A stretch of 64,000 nt of DNA from the NCBI GenBank assembly GCA_017883305.1, contig JADGNU010000001.1, forward strand, positions 1,606 through 65,605. Direction: 5' to 3'. Made by a program: the position numbers and the translations under genes. Positions 29,693-40,040 of this stretch are shown here, piece after piece. The stretch comes from Candidatus Aminicenantes bacterium. Its GTDB lineage: Bacteria > Acidobacteriota > Aminicenantia > Aminicenantales > Saccharicenantaceae. Below the pieces are notes generated by a model. The model ran no database searches, was not told the DNA's origin, and saw only the letters and a program-made list of their open reading frames with translations. Position 1 is the first letter of the stretch. Each line of letters starts with the position of its first letter.

Positions 29693-30057
29693 TCCAGATG
29701 CGCACGATGCTCAAGGTGGCCGACAACTCCGGCGCGCGGCGCATCCAGGCGATCACGCCCCTCGGCGGCAGCGTCGGCCGTGTGGCCCGGATCGGGGACA
29801 TCGTCTCGGCGACCGTCAAGGAAGCCGACCCGGAAAGCAAGGTCCAGAAGGGCACGGTCATCCGGGCCGTCATCGTCCGGACCCGCAAGGAGCTCCGCCG
29901 CAGGGACGGCTCCTACATCCGCTTCGAAGACAACGCCGCAGTCATCATCGACAAGACCGGCGAGCCCGTCGGGACCCGCGTTTTCGGCCCCGTCGGCCGG
30001 GAGCTCCGGGAGCGGAAGTTCACCAAGATCATCTCCCTGGCGCCGGAGGTCCTCTGA
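29689..30057 (+). CDS. rplN: 50S ribosomal protein L14
   Basis: 122 aa [18 protein letters not shown].. Confidence 0.95.
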   Translation: MIQMRTMLKVADNSGARRIQAITPLGGSVGRVARIGDIVSATVKEADPESKVQKGTVIRAVIVRTRKELRRRDGSYIRFEDNAAVIIDKTGEPVGTRVFGPVGRELRERKFTKIISLAPEVL

Positions 30058-30389
30058 TGCCCAAGATCTCCCTCAAGAAGAACGACCTCGTCGTCGTCAT
30101 CCGGGGCAAGGACAAGGGCAAGCAGGGCAAGGTCCTGAAGCTCATCCCCGAGACCAACCGGGTCATCGTCGAGCGGATCAATTTTTCCAAGCACTTCGTC
30201 AAGGCCGACCGCAGCCGGAACCAGCAGGGCGGCGTCATGGAGAAAGAGGCCGCGATCGCCGTATCCAACGTCATGCTCTACTGCGCGGAGTGCGGGCAGG
30301 GCGTCCGCGCCCGGACCCGGCGCCTCGAGGACGGCAGCAAGACCCGGCTCTGCCACCGCTGCGAGACGATGATCGAAAGGCAGAAGTGA
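30057..30389 (+). CDS. rplX: 50S ribosomal protein L24 with C-terminal CxxC..CxxC zinc-ribbon-like segment
   Basis: 110 aa; KOW motif [10 protein letters not shown]; C-terminal region [29 protein letters not shown] replaces the usual Cys-free tail. Confidence 0.92.
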   Translation: MPKISLKKNDLVVVIRGKDKGKQGKVLKLIPETNRVIVERINFSKHFVKADRSRNQQGGVMEKEAAIAVSNVMLYCAECGQGVRARTRRLEDGSKTRLCHRCETMIERQK

Positions 30390-30399
30390 GGAACCGCCC

Positions 30400-30942
30400 A
30401 TGAGCCGCTTATTCGAGAAGTACCGGAAGGACGTGATCCCCGCGCTCCAGGAGGAGCTCGGCATCACGAATATCATGGCCGTGCCCCGCCTGGAGAAGAT
30501 CATCGTCAACGTCGGGGTCGGCGACGCCATCCAGAACGTCAAGCTCCTGGACACGGCCAAGGCGGAGCTGGCCCAGATCACCGGCCAGCTGCCCGGCGTC
30601 GGGCGGGCCAAGAAATCCATTTCGTCGTTCAAGCTGAGGAAGGGCCAGCCGATCGCCTGCTACGTCACCCTCCGCAACCAGAGGATGTACGAGTTCTTCG
30701 ACCGGCTGGTCAACATCGTCCTGCCGCGGGTCCGTGACTTCCGCGGCGTGCCGGCGACTTCCTTCGACGGCCGGGGCAATTACACCCTGGGGATGCGCGA
30801 CCAGCTCACGTTCCCCGAGATCGACTACACCAAGGTCGAGCGCCCCCGGGGCATGAACATCACCATCGTCACGACGGCCCGGACCGATCAGGAGGCCCTG
30901 GCCCTCCTCAAGAGGCTGGGCATGCCGTTCCGGGAATCCTAG
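30400..30942 (+). CDS. rplE: 50S ribosomal protein L5
   Basis: 180 aa canonical L5. Confidence 0.95.
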   Translation: MSRLFEKYRKDVIPALQEELGITNIMAVPRLEKIIVNVGVGDAIQNVKLLDTAKAELAQITGQLPGVGRAKKSISSFKLRKGQPIACYVTLRNQRMYEFFDRLVNIVLPRVRDFRGVPATSFDGRGNYTLGMRDQLTFPEIDYTKVERPRGMNITIVTTARTDQEALALLKRLGMPFRES

Positions 30943-30956
30943 GAAGCGAGGTCGAC

Positions 30957-31142
30957 ATGGCAACTTCAGCGCGCATGGCCAAAATGCTCCGCCAGCCCAA
31001 ATTCGCGATCCGGGTGCGTCACCGCTGCCGGAAATGCGGGCGGCCCCGGGCCTACTACCGGAAGTTCGATCTCTGCCGCCTCTGCTTCCGTGAGCTCGCC
31101 CTCAAGGGCGAGATCCCGGGCGTGACCAAGTCGTCCTGGTGA
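30957..31142 (+). CDS. rpsZ: 30S ribosomal protein S14 type Z (zinc-binding, 61 aa)
   Basis: [23 protein letters not shown] motif. Confidence 0.93.
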   Translation: MATSARMAKMLRQPKFAIRVRHRCRKCGRPRAYYRKFDLCRLCFRELALKGEIPGVTKSSW

Positions 31143-31162
31143 GATCGAAGAAAGGAACAACC

Positions 31163-31552
31163 ATGGATTCGCTATCTGACCTGCTCACCCGGATCCGCAA
31201 CGGCGTGAAGTCCAAGAAGCGGGAAGTCAACATGCCCTCTTTTCGCCTGGGGGTCGAGGTCGTCAAGATCCTCAAGGACGAGGGCTATATCAAGAACTAC
31301 AAGGTCATCGACGACAAGAAACAGGGCGTTCTTAACGTGACGCTGAAATATACCGAGGACAACCGGAGCGTCATCAGCGGCCTCAAGCGGGTCAGCACGC
31401 CGGGTTGCCGGATCTATTGCACCCGGGATTCCATCCCCAAGGTCCTCGACGGCCTGGGCCTGGCCATCGTCTCGACGTCCCGGGGCGTCTTGAGCGGCCG
31501 GGCTTGCGAAGAGCTCGGGGCGGGCGGCGAAGTCCTCTGCAGCATCTGGTAG
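31163..31552 (+). CDS. rpsH: 30S ribosomal protein S8 (start at [14 protein letters not shown])
   Basis: 129 aa; RBS gaaaggaacaa; ORF-track Met at 31139 is an upstream extension. Confidence 0.9.
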   Translation: MDSLSDLLTRIRNGVKSKKREVNMPSFRLGVEVVKILKDEGYIKNYKVIDDKKQGVLNVTLKYTEDNRSVISGLKRVSTPGCRIYCTRDSIPKVLDGLGLAIVSTSRGVLSGRACEELGAGGEVLCSIW

Positions 31553-31569
31553 GCGGGAGAGAGGGTATC

Positions 31570-32115
31570 ATGTCGAGAGTCGGGAAGAAACCCATCGCGA
31601 TACCGGCGGGCGTGACCGTCACGGTCCATCCGGACCGGATCGACTTCGAGGGTCCGAAAGGCAAGCTCACGACGCCGCTCCAGCCGGGCATCACGGCCGC
31701 GCTGGACGACGGAAACCTCGTCCTGAGCCGGTCCGAAGACACCAAGCCCGGGCGGGCCAACCACGGCCTCGGCCGGGCCCTGGCCCACAACGCCGTGGTC
31801 GGCGTCACCGAGGGCTACATGAAGCAGCTCGAGATCGTCGGGGTCGGCTACAAGGCCAAGGTCGACAAGGGCAAGCTCGAGATCAACTTGGGCTATTCCC
31901 GGCCGATCCTCTACCAGATCCCTCCGGGGATCGAGGTCATCGCCGTCAAGCCCACCCAGCTGACGGTCCGGGGCATCGACCGTCAGAAAGTGGGCCAGGT
32001 CGCCGACGATATCAAGAGCCTCCGCATCCCGGACCCCTACAAGCAGAAGGGCGTCCGGTATCTTGGCGAGCGGCTCATCAAAAAAGAACGAAAGGCGGGA
32101 GTGACCGGTGCTTAA
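31570..32115 (+). CDS. rplF: 50S ribosomal protein L6
   Basis: 181 aa MSRVGKKPIAIPAGVTV.. Confidence 0.93.
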   Translation: MSRVGKKPIAIPAGVTVTVHPDRIDFEGPKGKLTTPLQPGITAALDDGNLVLSRSEDTKPGRANHGLGRALAHNAVVGVTEGYMKQLEIVGVGYKAKVDKGKLEINLGYSRPILYQIPPGIEVIAVKPTQLTVRGIDRQKVGQVADDIKSLRIPDPYKQKGVRYLGERLIKKERKAGVTGA

Positions 32116-32482
32116 AGACAAGACAACCGAAAGGAAGATCCGGGACGACCGTCTCCGGAAGCGGATCCGGGAGAGGGTCCAGGGCACGCCCGAGCGGCCC
32201 CGTCTCCACGTGTTCAAGAGCAACTCCTATATCTACACCCAAGTCATCGACGACCGGAAGGGGGCCGTTCTCCTGACCGCGTCGACCCTGGAGAAGGAAT
32301 TCCGGGCCAAGGCCAAGAGTACCAAGAACAAGGATGCTTGCGGTTTGCTCGGCGCGATGCTGGGCCAGCGCCTCAAGGCGGCCAAGATCGAAAAGGTCGT
32401 TTTCGACCGGGGGACCCACCCCTACCACGGACGCATCAAGACCCTGGCGGAGGCCATACGCAAGGAAGGCATCCAGTTCTGA
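32108..32482 (+). CDS. rplR: 50S ribosomal protein L18 (GTG start)
   Basis: 124 aa; in-frame stop immediately upstream of GTG 32108; ends GRIKTLAEAIRKEGIQF. Confidence 0.88.
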   Translation: MLKDKTTERKIRDDRLRKRIRERVQGTPERPRLHVFKSNSYIYTQVIDDRKGAVLLTASTLEKEFRAKAKSTKNKDACGLLGAMLGQRLKAAKIEKVVFDRGTHPYHGRIKTLAEAIRKEGIQF

Positions 32483-32510
32483 GCGGACGGACGAACAAGG
32501 AGAGAGACAC

Positions 32511-33032
32511 GTGGACGATCGCAGACACACCAGAAAAGTCGGGGTCCTCGACGAAGAGGGCATGGAGCTCAAGGACCAGGTCATTTCGATCCGCCGGGTC
32601 ACCAAGGTCGTCAAGGGCGGCAAGAACCTAAGCTTCTCGGCCCTCGTCGCCGTCGGCGACGAGCGCGGCCGGGTGGGCATCGGCAAGGGCAAAGCCCGCG
32701 AAGTGCCCCAGGCCATCGCCAAGGGCGTCGAGGCGGCCCGCAAGAGCATGATCCGCGTCCCGCTGGCCGAGACGACGATCCCGCACCTTGTCAAGGGCGT
32801 CGACGGCGCCGGTCTGGTCGTTCTGCGCCCGGCCTCCAAGGGGACGGGCGTCATCGCCGGCGGGGCCGTCCGCGTCATCATGCAGCTCGCCGGGATCCGG
32901 GACATCCTGACCAAATCCATCCGCAGCAGCAACCCCATCAGCGTCGCCAACGCGACCCTGGACGCCCTGCGGCACATCCGGAACCCTGAGGACGTGGCCA
33001 AGATGCGCGGAAAAGCGAAAGGTGCGCTATGA
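32511..33032 (+). CDS. rpsE: 30S ribosomal protein S5 (GTG start with RBS aaggagagag)
   Basis: 173 aa; ..[39 protein letters not shown].. Confidence 0.85.
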   Translation: MDDRRHTRKVGVLDEEGMELKDQVISIRRVTKVVKGGKNLSFSALVAVGDERGRVGIGKGKAREVPQAIAKGVEAARKSMIRVPLAETTIPHLVKGVDGAGLVVLRPASKGTGVIAGGAVRVIMQLAGIRDILTKSIRSSNPISVANATLDALRHIRNPEDVAKMRGKAKGAL

Positions 33033-33277
33033 CCGCCATCACGAAGAAACCCAAGAAAGCGCCCCAGCGCGCCGGGAAGGCGGAGGTCGGGCGGATCCTC
33101 AAGGTCACGCTCGTCCGCAGCCTCATCGGCACCCCCCGCGACCAGCGGGAGACGGCCAAGGGGCTGGGCCTGCGAAAGCCCCAATCGAGCGCGATCCTCA
33201 AGGAGACGCCCGCGGTCCGAGGGATGATCAATAAGATCGGCTACGCGCTCAAGGTGGAAACGGTGGAGAAGCCATGA
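33029..33277 (+). CDS. rpmD: 50S ribosomal protein L30 with ~22-aa basic N-terminal extension
   Basis: 82 aa; core [12 protein letters not shown]...[19 protein letters not shown]; ATGA overlap with rpsE. Confidence 0.85.
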   Translation: MTAITKKPKKAPQRAGKAEVGRILKVTLVRSLIGTPRDQRETAKGLGLRKPQSSAILKETPAVRGMINKIGYALKVETVEKP

Positions 33278-33720
33278 ACCTCAGCAACCTGAAACCGGCC
33301 CAAGGATCGAGGAAAGACCGCAAGAGGATAGGGCGCGGCCCCGGCTCGGGTTGGGGCAAGACCGCCGGGCGCGGCAGCAAAGGCCAGCTCCAAGGCAGCG
33401 GCTATTCCCGCAAGCGCGGCTTCGAGGGCGGCCAGATGCCCCTCACCCGGCGCATTCCGAAGCGCGGCTTCACGAACATCCACCGCGAGGAGATCGCGGT
33501 CGTCAACCTGGACCACCTGACCAAGCTCCGGAAGGAGGAGATCGGGCCGAAGGACATGGCCGACCACCGCCTGATCCGGAACGGATCCGTCCGGGTGAAG
33601 GTCCTCGGGCGGGGCGAGCTGGCCGCGGCCAAGACCGTCCACGCCCACGAATTCTCCGCCTCGGCCGTGAAGAAGATCGAGGCCAAGGGCGGCAAGGCCG
33701 TCATCATCGGGAAAGACTAA
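33274..33720 (+). CDS. rplO: 50S ribosomal protein L15
   Basis: 148 aa; Gly/Arg-rich N-terminus. Confidence 0.95.
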   Translation: MNLSNLKPAQGSRKDRKRIGRGPGSGWGKTAGRGSKGQLQGSGYSRKRGFEGGQMPLTRRIPKRGFTNIHREEIAVVNLDHLTKLRKEEIGPKDMADHRLIRNGSVRVKVLGRGELAAAKTVHAHEFSASAVKKIEAKGGKAVIIGKD

Positions 33721-35102
33721 TGTTAGACAGCATCCGCAACATCTTCAGCATCCCCGAGCTGCGGAAGAGGGTCATTTTCACCCTCCTCCTGCTCGCGGTC
33801 TACCGGATCGGCGGGCAGATCCCGAACCCCGGCCTCAACGCGACCGCCCTGCAGGAGTTCTGGCAGTCGCAGAAGGGGTCCCTGTTCGGCTTCGTCGACC
33901 TCTTCTCCGGGCGGAACATGTCCCGGATGACCATCTTCGCCTTGGGCATCATGCCCTACATCTCGGCCTCGATCATCCTCCAGCTGCTGACCGTCGTCTG
34001 GCCTTACCTCGAGCGCCTGTCCAAGGAAGGCGAGCTCGGCCGCAAGAAGATCACCCAGTACACCCGCTACGGGACGATCGGCATCTGCCTCATCCAGGCC
34101 TTCGGCATCGCCATTTTCCTCGAGGCCATCCGGACGCCGGCCGGGGCTCCGATCGTGCTCAGCCCGGGCTGGGGCTTCAAGCTCATGACCGTGCTGACCC
34201 TGACGACAGGGACCGTCTTCGTCATGTGGCTGGGCGAGCAGATCTCGGAGCGGGGCATCGGCAACGGCATCTCGCTCATCATCTTTGCGGGCATCGTGGT
34301 CAGTTTCCCCAGCGGGCTGCTGAGCATGCTCTCCGGCCTGAAGACCGGGGCCATGGATCCCCTGAAGATGATCTTTCTCGGCGCCCTGATGGTCGCCGTC
34401 ATCGGCTTCATCGTCTTTGTCGAGCGCGGCCAGCGCCGCATCCCGGTTTCCTACGCCAAGCGCGTCGTCGGCCGCAAGGTCTACGGCGGGCAGAGCACGC
34501 ACCTGCCGCTCCGGGTCAATACGGGCGGCGTCATCCCGATCATCTTCGCCGCGTCGGTCATCACCATCCCGGCGACCGTGGCCAACCTCATCAAGGTCCC
34601 GATCATCCAGTCGGTCGCCACCCAGTTCGGCCTGGGCATGCCCCTGTACAATCTGGTCTACATCGCGGCCATCATCTTCTTCACCTACTTCTACATCTCG
34701 ATCATCTTCAACCCGGTCGACGTGGCCGACAACCTCCGCAAGTACGGCGGCTTCATCCCGGGCATCCGGCCGGGCAAGAACACGTCCGATTACATCGACG
34801 ACGTCCTCAGCCGGATCACCCTGGCCGGCGCGATCTACCTCGCAGCCGTGGCCATCCTGCCCGAGTTCCTGATCACCGGCTTCAAGGTCCAGGCCCTGCC
34901 CTGGATCGGGCCCTGGCTCGAGGCCAACCTGCCCAAGTTCATCACCCAGGGGATCGGCGTCGACTTCATGTTCGGCGGCACCTCGATCCTCATCGTCGTC
35001 GGCGTGGCCATGGACACGATGCAGCAGATCGAAGCCCAGCTGGTCATGCGCCACTACGACGGCTTCATGCGCCGGAGCCGGATCCGCGGGAGGCGTGGAT
35101 GA
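33720..35102 (+). CDS. secY: Preprotein translocase subunit SecY
   Basis: 460 aa from [18 protein letters not shown]; 10 TM; TAATG overlap with rplO. Confidence 0.93.
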   Translation: MLDSIRNIFSIPELRKRVIFTLLLLAVYRIGGQIPNPGLNATALQEFWQSQKGSLFGFVDLFSGRNMSRMTIFALGIMPYISASIILQLLTVVWPYLERLSKEGELGRKKITQYTRYGTIGICLIQAFGIAIFLEAIRTPAGAPIVLSPGWGFKLMTVLTLTTGTVFVMWLGEQISERGIGNGISLIIFAGIVVSFPSGLLSMLSGLKTGAMDPLKMIFLGALMVAVIGFIVFVERGQRRIPVSYAKRVVGRKVYGGQSTHLPLRVNTGGVIPIIFAASVITIPATVANLIKVPIIQSVATQFGLGMPLYNLVYIAAIIFFTYFYISIIFNPVDVADNLRKYGGFIPGIRPGKNTSDYIDDVLSRITLAGAIYLAAVAILPEFLITGFKVQALPWIGPWLEANLPKFITQGIGVDFMFGGTSILIVVGVAMDTMQQIEAQLVMRHYDGFMRRSRIRGRRG

Positions 35103-35764
35103 GGATCATCCTCCTCGGCGCGCCCGGAAGCGGGAAGGGGACCGTCGCCGAAGGCCTGCGCTCGGCCTACGGCTTTCCCAAGATCTCCACGGGAGACCTG
35201 CTCCGGGAAGCCGTCCGGGAGAAAACACCGCTCGGACTCGTCGCCGCCTCGCAGATGGGCAAGGGCGGTCTGGTCGACGACGCGACCGTGCTGGCCCTGC
35301 TCCGCGAGCGCCTGGCCCGGCCCGATTGCCGCGAGGGGTACGTCCTCGACGGCTATCCGCGGAACCTGTCCCAGGCGGACAGCCTGGACGCCCTCGGCCT
35401 CGCGGGCCCGGAGATCGTCTTCGACCTGCAGGTCTCGGACGAGGTCGTTCTCGAACGGCTGGCCAACCGGCGGACCTGCCCGAACTGCGAGGCCATCTAC
35501 CACCTCGTCAACAAGCCGCCGAAGAAAGCCGGCGTCTGCGACGTCTGCGGCGCGGCCCTCGTCCAACGGAACGACGACACGCCGGAGGTCATCCGGGAAA
35601 GGCTCAAGACCTATCACGCCAAGACCGAGCCCCTCGTCGCCCGCTATGCGGCCAAGGGCGACCTCCACCGGATCGACGGCGGCCGCGCGGCCGGGGATGT
35701 CATCCGCGACGTCCGCCGAATCCTCGAGACCGCCCTCAAGGGTCCGGCCCGGGCGGGGGAGTGA
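35099..35764 (+). CDS. adk: Adenylate kinase with zinc-binding lid (CPNC..CDVC)
   Basis: 221 aa [15 protein letters not shown]..; [28 protein letters not shown]. Confidence 0.93.
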   Translation: MRIILLGAPGSGKGTVAEGLRSAYGFPKISTGDLLREAVREKTPLGLVAASQMGKGGLVDDATVLALLRERLARPDCREGYVLDGYPRNLSQADSLDALGLAGPEIVFDLQVSDEVVLERLANRRTCPNCEAIYHLVNKPPKKAGVCDVCGAALVQRNDDTPEVIRERLKTYHAKTEPLVARYAAKGDLHRIDGGRAAGDVIRDVRRILETALKGPARAGE

Positions 35765-35766
35765 CC

Positions 35767-36567
35767 ATGATCACCCTCAAGTCCGCGACGGAGCTCGAGG
35801 CCATGCGCCAGAGCAGCCGCATCATGGCCACGGTCCTGGGCGAGCTCGAGCCGCTCATCCGGCCCGGCATCCGGACCCGCGACCTCGACCTCTACGCCGA
35901 GAAGCGGACCCGCGAACTCGGGGCCGTGCCGGCCTTCAAGGGCTACCGCGGGTACCCGGCCTCGGTCTGCATCTCGGTCAACGAGGAGATCATCCACGGC
36001 ATCCCCTCGGGGCGCATCCTCCAGGAGGGTGACATCGTCAGCCTCGATTTCGGCGTCCTGTTCGAGGGCTTCTACAGCGATTCGGCCCTGACCGCCCCCG
36101 TCGGACGGGCGTCCGAGGACGCCCTGAAGCTCATCGCCGCGGCCGAGCGCTCTTTTTACAAGGGCCTGGAGCAGATGAAAGAGGGCAACCGCCTGTCCGA
36201 CATCTCGGCGGCCATCCAGCAGTCGGTCGAGAGCGAAGGCTATGCGGTCATCCGTCAGTTCGTCGGGCACGGCATCGGCCGGGCCCTTCACGAGGATCCC
36301 CAGGTGCCGAATTTCGGCCCTCCGGGGCGCGGGCCGAAGGTCCGGCCGGGGATGACCCTGGCCATCGAGCCGATGATCGCCGCGGGGAGCTACGAGGTCG
36401 ATATCCTCGAGGACGGCTGGACGGCCATCACCCGCGACCGCAGCCTGGCCGCCCACTACGAGCATACCGTGGCCATGACCGCAAACGGCCCGGAGGTCCT
36501 CAGCGCCAGGACGCCCGACACCGCGCGGCCGGGGATCCGCCTCCCCAAGGAGAGCCCTCATGCCTAG
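35767..36567 (+). CDS. map: Methionine aminopeptidase type I
   Basis: 266 aa; metal ligands in [20 protein letters not shown]. Confidence 0.92.
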   Translation: MITLKSATELEAMRQSSRIMATVLGELEPLIRPGIRTRDLDLYAEKRTRELGAVPAFKGYRGYPASVCISVNEEIIHGIPSGRILQEGDIVSLDFGVLFEGFYSDSALTAPVGRASEDALKLIAAAERSFYKGLEQMKEGNRLSDISAAIQQSVESEGYAVIRQFVGHGIGRALHEDPQVPNFGPPGRGPKVRPGMTLAIEPMIAAGSYEVDILEDGWTAITRDRSLAAHYEHTVAMTANGPEVLSARTPDTARPGIRLPKESPHA

Positions 36568-36778
36568 ACAGGACATGTTCGAAGCCGAGGGCGTCGTCCT
36601 GGAAACCCTGCCGAACGCCATGTTCCGGGTCGAGCTCCAGAACAAGCACGTTATCCTGGCCCACATCTCCGGCAAGATGCGCAAGCACTTCATCCGTATC
36701 CTGCCGGGAGACCGGGTCCTCCTCGAGCTGTCGCCCTACGACCTGACCAAGGGCCGGATCACCTATCGATTCAAATAA
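36560..36778 (+). CDS. infA: Translation initiation factor IF-1
   Basis: 72 aa; S1-like [32 protein letters not shown]. Confidence 0.95.
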   Translation: MPRQDMFEAEGVVLETLPNAMFRVELQNKHVILAHISGKMRKHFIRILPGDRVLLELSPYDLTKGRITYRFK

Positions 36779-36790
36779 AAGGACGGGACG

Positions 36791-36904
36791 ATGAAAGTCA
36801 AAGCTTCCGTGAAAAAGATCTGCCGGAACTGCAAGATCGTCCGGCGCAAGGGCGTGGTGCGGGTCATCTGCTCCAACCCGAGGCATAAACAAAGACAGGG
36901 TTAA
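36791..36904 (+). CDS. rpmJ: 50S ribosomal protein L36 (zinc form)
   Basis: 37 aa [37 protein letters not shown]; not in ORF track. Confidence 0.9.
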   Translation: MKVKASVKKICRNCKIVRRKGVVRVICSNPRHKQRQG

Positions 36905-36916
36905 AGAGGTACTCCT

Positions 36917-37300
36917 ATGGCAAGAATCGCAGGCATCACCATCCCGCCGGACAAGCGGATCGAGATCGGGCTGACCTACATCTACGGGATCGGCCGGTCC
37001 AAGAGCAACAAGATCCTCGAAGAGGCCAAGATCGACAAGAACAAGAAGGTCAAGGCCCTGTCCGAGGACGAGGTCGACAAGATCCGCCGGATCATCGAAA
37101 AGCGGGAGAAGATCGAGGGCGACCTCCGCAAGGAAGTCACCATGAACATCAAGCGGCTGGTCGACATCGGCTGCTACCGGGGCCTCCGGCACAAGAAGAA
37201 ACTGCCCGTCCGGGGCCAGCGGACCAAAACCAACGCCCGGACCCGCAAGGGCAGCAAGGGCCAGCGGATCAAAAAGCTCAAAGAGCCAAAGAAAGGGTAA
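36917..37300 (+). CDS. rpsM: 30S ribosomal protein S13
   Basis: 127 aa [14 protein letters not shown].. Confidence 0.95.
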   Translation: MARIAGITIPPDKRIEIGLTYIYGIGRSKSNKILEEAKIDKNKKVKALSEDEVDKIRRIIEKREKIEGDLRKEVTMNIKRLVDIGCYRGLRHKKKLPVRGQRTKTNARTRKGSKGQRIKKLKEPKKG

Positions 37301-37315
37301 GGAGGGCCAGCCGCC

Positions 37316-37705
37316 ATGCCGCCAAAAACGAGCGCTAAGAAGAAAAAAGTCCGGAGGGAGATCGGATCCGGGACGGCCCACATCCAGTCGACCTTCAATA
37401 ACACCATCATCACCATCACCGACAACGTCGGCGCCACGGTCGTCTGGGCCAGCGCCGGCACGTCCGGGTTCAAGGGAGCCCGGAAGGGGACGCCCTTCGC
37501 CGCCCAGCTCGCGGCCAAGGACGCCGCGACGAAGGCCCGGGAGTTCGGCGTGCGCTACGTCGACGTCCGGCTCAAGGGACCGGGCGCGGGACGGGAGTCG
37601 TCGATCCGGGCCATGCAGGCCGCCGGCCTGGAGATCAAGTCCATCAAGGACGTGACACCGATCCCGCACAACGGCTGCCGCGTCCGCCGCCGCCGGCGGG
37701 TCTGA
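37316..37705 (+). CDS. rpsK: 30S ribosomal protein S11
   Basis: 129 aa canonical S11. Confidence 0.95.
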   Translation: MPPKTSAKKKKVRREIGSGTAHIQSTFNNTIITITDNVGATVVWASAGTSGFKGARKGTPFAAQLAAKDAATKAREFGVRYVDVRLKGPGAGRESSIRAMQAAGLEIKSIKDVTPIPHNGCRVRRRRRV

Positions 37706-37724
37706 GGGCCGGGAGGAGACAACC

Positions 37725-38351
37725 ATGGCGAAATATCAAGGAGCCGACTGCCGGCTCTGCCGCGTCGAGAAGAACAAGCTCTATTTCAAGGGCGCGAAGT
37801 GCCTGACCGACAAGTGCCCCCTCGAACGGAGGGCCTACGCCCCGGGGCAGCACGGGCGCTCGCGCAAGCGGGTGCTGGGTTATGCCATCCAGCTCCGCGA
37901 GAAGCAGAAGCTGAAAAGGTACTACGGCATGTCGGAGGAGCAGTTCCGCTTCTTCTTCGAACGGGCCGAGAGACAGAAGGGGGTCACCGGCGAGAACCTC
38001 CTGTCCATGCTCGAACGGCGGCTGGACAACGCCGTGTTCCTGCTCGGGTTCTCCCTGTCGCGGGGGCACGCGCGCCAGCTCATCGGGCACGGCCACTTCC
38101 GGATCAATGATCACAAGGCCGACATCGCCTCCGCGCTGGTCAAGCCGGGCGATGTCATCGCCTTCCGGCCCCGGTCGGCCAAGAGCGAGGACATCCAGGC
38201 CGTCGTGGCCTCGAACCGCTCCAAGACCGTGCCGGGCTGGCTCGAGGTCGATTGGGAGAACCTGAAGGGCCGGGTCGTCGCGCTGCCAACGCGCCAGGAC
38301 GTCACCCTTCCGGTCGAGGAACACCTGGTCGTCGAGCTGTACTCCAAGTAA
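37725..38351 (+). CDS. rpsD: 30S ribosomal protein S4, zinc-ribbon form (CRLC..CLTDKC)
   Basis: 208 aa; N-terminal DCRLCRVEKNKLYFKGAKCLTDKC. Confidence 0.95.
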   Translation: MAKYQGADCRLCRVEKNKLYFKGAKCLTDKCPLERRAYAPGQHGRSRKRVLGYAIQLREKQKLKRYYGMSEEQFRFFFERAERQKGVTGENLLSMLERRLDNAVFLLGFSLSRGHARQLIGHGHFRINDHKADIASALVKPGDVIAFRPRSAKSEDIQAVVASNRSKTVPGWLEVDWENLKGRVVALPTRQDVTLPVEEHLVVELYSK

Positions 38352-38393
38352 GGTCCCGGGACCGAACGGAGGACATCTCCCAAAGGAGGTCAC

Positions 38394-39425
38394 ATGACAG
38401 AGACGAATTTCCAGAGACCCAAGTTCTTGGAGTGCGATTTCGAGACGCTCACCGCCCAGTACGGGCGCTTCCAGGCCCAGCCGTTCGAGCGCGGCTACGG
38501 GGTGACCGTCGGCAACGCCCTCCGGCGCATCCTGCTTTCCTCGATCACCGGCGCGGCCATCACCTCCGTGCGCATCCACGGCGTCCTCCACGAGTTCTCG
38601 ACCATCCCCGGGGTGGTCGAAGATGTCACCGACATCATCCTCAACCTCAAATCCATGCCCCTGAAGCTCCAGGGGGACGAGCCGCGGCGGATGACGATCA
38701 AGAAGACCGGCCCGGCCACGGTCACCGCGGCGGATATCGCCCACGACGGCGACATCGAGATCCTCGAAACGGCCGTGCCCATCGCCGCCCTCGACATCGA
38801 CGGAACACTGGACGTCGAGATGGTCGTCAAGAACGGCCGGGGCTACGTCCCGGCCGACCAGAACTTCGACGAGGAGCAGAGCCTCGATTATATCCCCCTT
38901 GACTCCGCGCATTCGCCCGTCCTCAAGGTCAATTACAAGGTCGAGCCGGCCCGCGTCGGCAAGAGGATCGACTACGAGAGCCTGACGCTGGAGATCTGGA
39001 CGACCGGGGCCATCCGGCCCATGGACGCCCTGTCCCAGGCGGCCAAGCTCATGCGCGACCACCTCGGCATCTTCCTCAACGTCGTCGACGAGCCTCTCGA
39101 GCACGAGTTGGCGCCGTCGAAGAAGGAGATCCCGTTCCTCAATCAGGCGGACGTGCTGGCCAAGACGATCGACCACCTGGAGCTCTCGGTGCGCTCCAAC
39201 AACTGCCTCCGCTCGGCCGGCATCGAGCGGATCTACGAGCTCGTGCAGAAGACCGAGGACGAGCTCCTCAAGACCAAGAACTTCGGCCGCAAATCCCTTT
39301 CGGAGATCAAGGAGACGCTGGCCAATCTGAACCTCGGGCTGAACCTCGAGCTCCACCCCCGCCTCATCGAGCGGATCCAGACGGAGATCAAGAGCGGCAT
39401 GCCTGAGAAGGAGACGGAGGCATGA
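38394..39425 (+). CDS. rpoA: DNA-directed RNA polymerase alpha subunit
   Basis: 343 aa; alpha-NTD and alpha-CTD ([22 protein letters not shown]). Confidence 0.95.
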   Translation: MTETNFQRPKFLECDFETLTAQYGRFQAQPFERGYGVTVGNALRRILLSSITGAAITSVRIHGVLHEFSTIPGVVEDVTDIILNLKSMPLKLQGDEPRRMTIKKTGPATVTAADIAHDGDIEILETAVPIAALDIDGTLDVEMVVKNGRGYVPADQNFDEEQSLDYIPLDSAHSPVLKVNYKVEPARVGKRIDYESLTLEIWTTGAIRPMDALSQAAKLMRDHLGIFLNVVDEPLEHELAPSKKEIPFLNQADVLAKTIDHLELSVRSNNCLRSAGIERIYELVQKTEDELLKTKNFGRKSLSEIKETLANLNLGLNLELHPRLIERIQTEIKSGMPEKETEA

Positions 39426-39835
39426 GGCATCAGGTCAAAAAAGGCATGCTCGGGCGGACGACCGCCCACCGGCGGGCGCTCATGCGCAATCTCGTGACGT
39501 CCTTCCTCGAGCGCGAGCGCGTCCGGACGACCCTGGCCAAGGCCCGGTCGGCCCGGCCCATCGCCGAGAAGATGATCACCCTGGCCAAGCGGGGAACCCT
39601 CCACACCCGGCGCCAGGCCCTGGCCTACATCACCAAGGAGGAGGCGGTCAAGAAGCTGTTCGACGACATCGGGCCCCGCTTCAAGGAACGGCCGGGCGGC
39701 TACACCCGGATCGTCAAGCTCGACCGCCGGGCCGGCGACGGCGCCGAGATGGCCATGCTCGAGCTCGTGGGCACGGAGTTCAAGGCGAAGACGAAGAAGA
39801 AAAAGAAAGACGCCAAGAAGTCCGCCGCGAAGTAA
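39422..39835 (+). CDS. rplQ: 50S ribosomal protein L17
   Basis: 137 aa [24 protein letters not shown].. Confidence 0.95.
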   Translation: MRHQVKKGMLGRTTAHRRALMRNLVTSFLERERVRTTLAKARSARPIAEKMITLAKRGTLHTRRQALAYITKEEAVKKLFDDIGPRFKERPGGYTRIVKLDRRAGDGAEMAMLELVGTEFKAKTKKKKKDAKKSAAK

Positions 39836-39844
39836 GATTCACCC

Positions 39845-39880
39845 GGGGACATGGACTCGTTGTCCATGTCCCCTTTTTTT
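39845..39880 (+). terminator. Rho-independent terminator of the ribosomal super-operon: 12-bp stem ggggacatggac/gtccatgtcccc + T7
   Basis: ggggacatggactcgttgtccatgtccccttttttt directly after rplQ. Confidence 0.75.
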
Positions 39881-39994
39881 ATCTTAGGCTTCGGTCAATC
39901 CTGATTCTAGAAGACAGCTTTTTTCCGATATTTCGCAGAAACCTGCCTCCGTGCATGCTCCGCTAGAACCGAAGCCTCTTGATTAAGATGCGTC

Positions 39995-40033
39995 GCAGAA
40001 ATCCGGCTCCGTGTGTCTCCGCCGGATTTCTGC
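39995..40033. repeat. Perfect 13-bp inverted repeat gcagaaatccggc / gccggatttctgc with 13-nt loop, 8 nt beyond the stop of the minus-strand NlpC/P60 gene; possible bidirectional transcription stop
   Basis: Read directly; no adjacent U-tract. Confidence 0.45.
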
Positions 40034-40040
40034 CCTCCGC

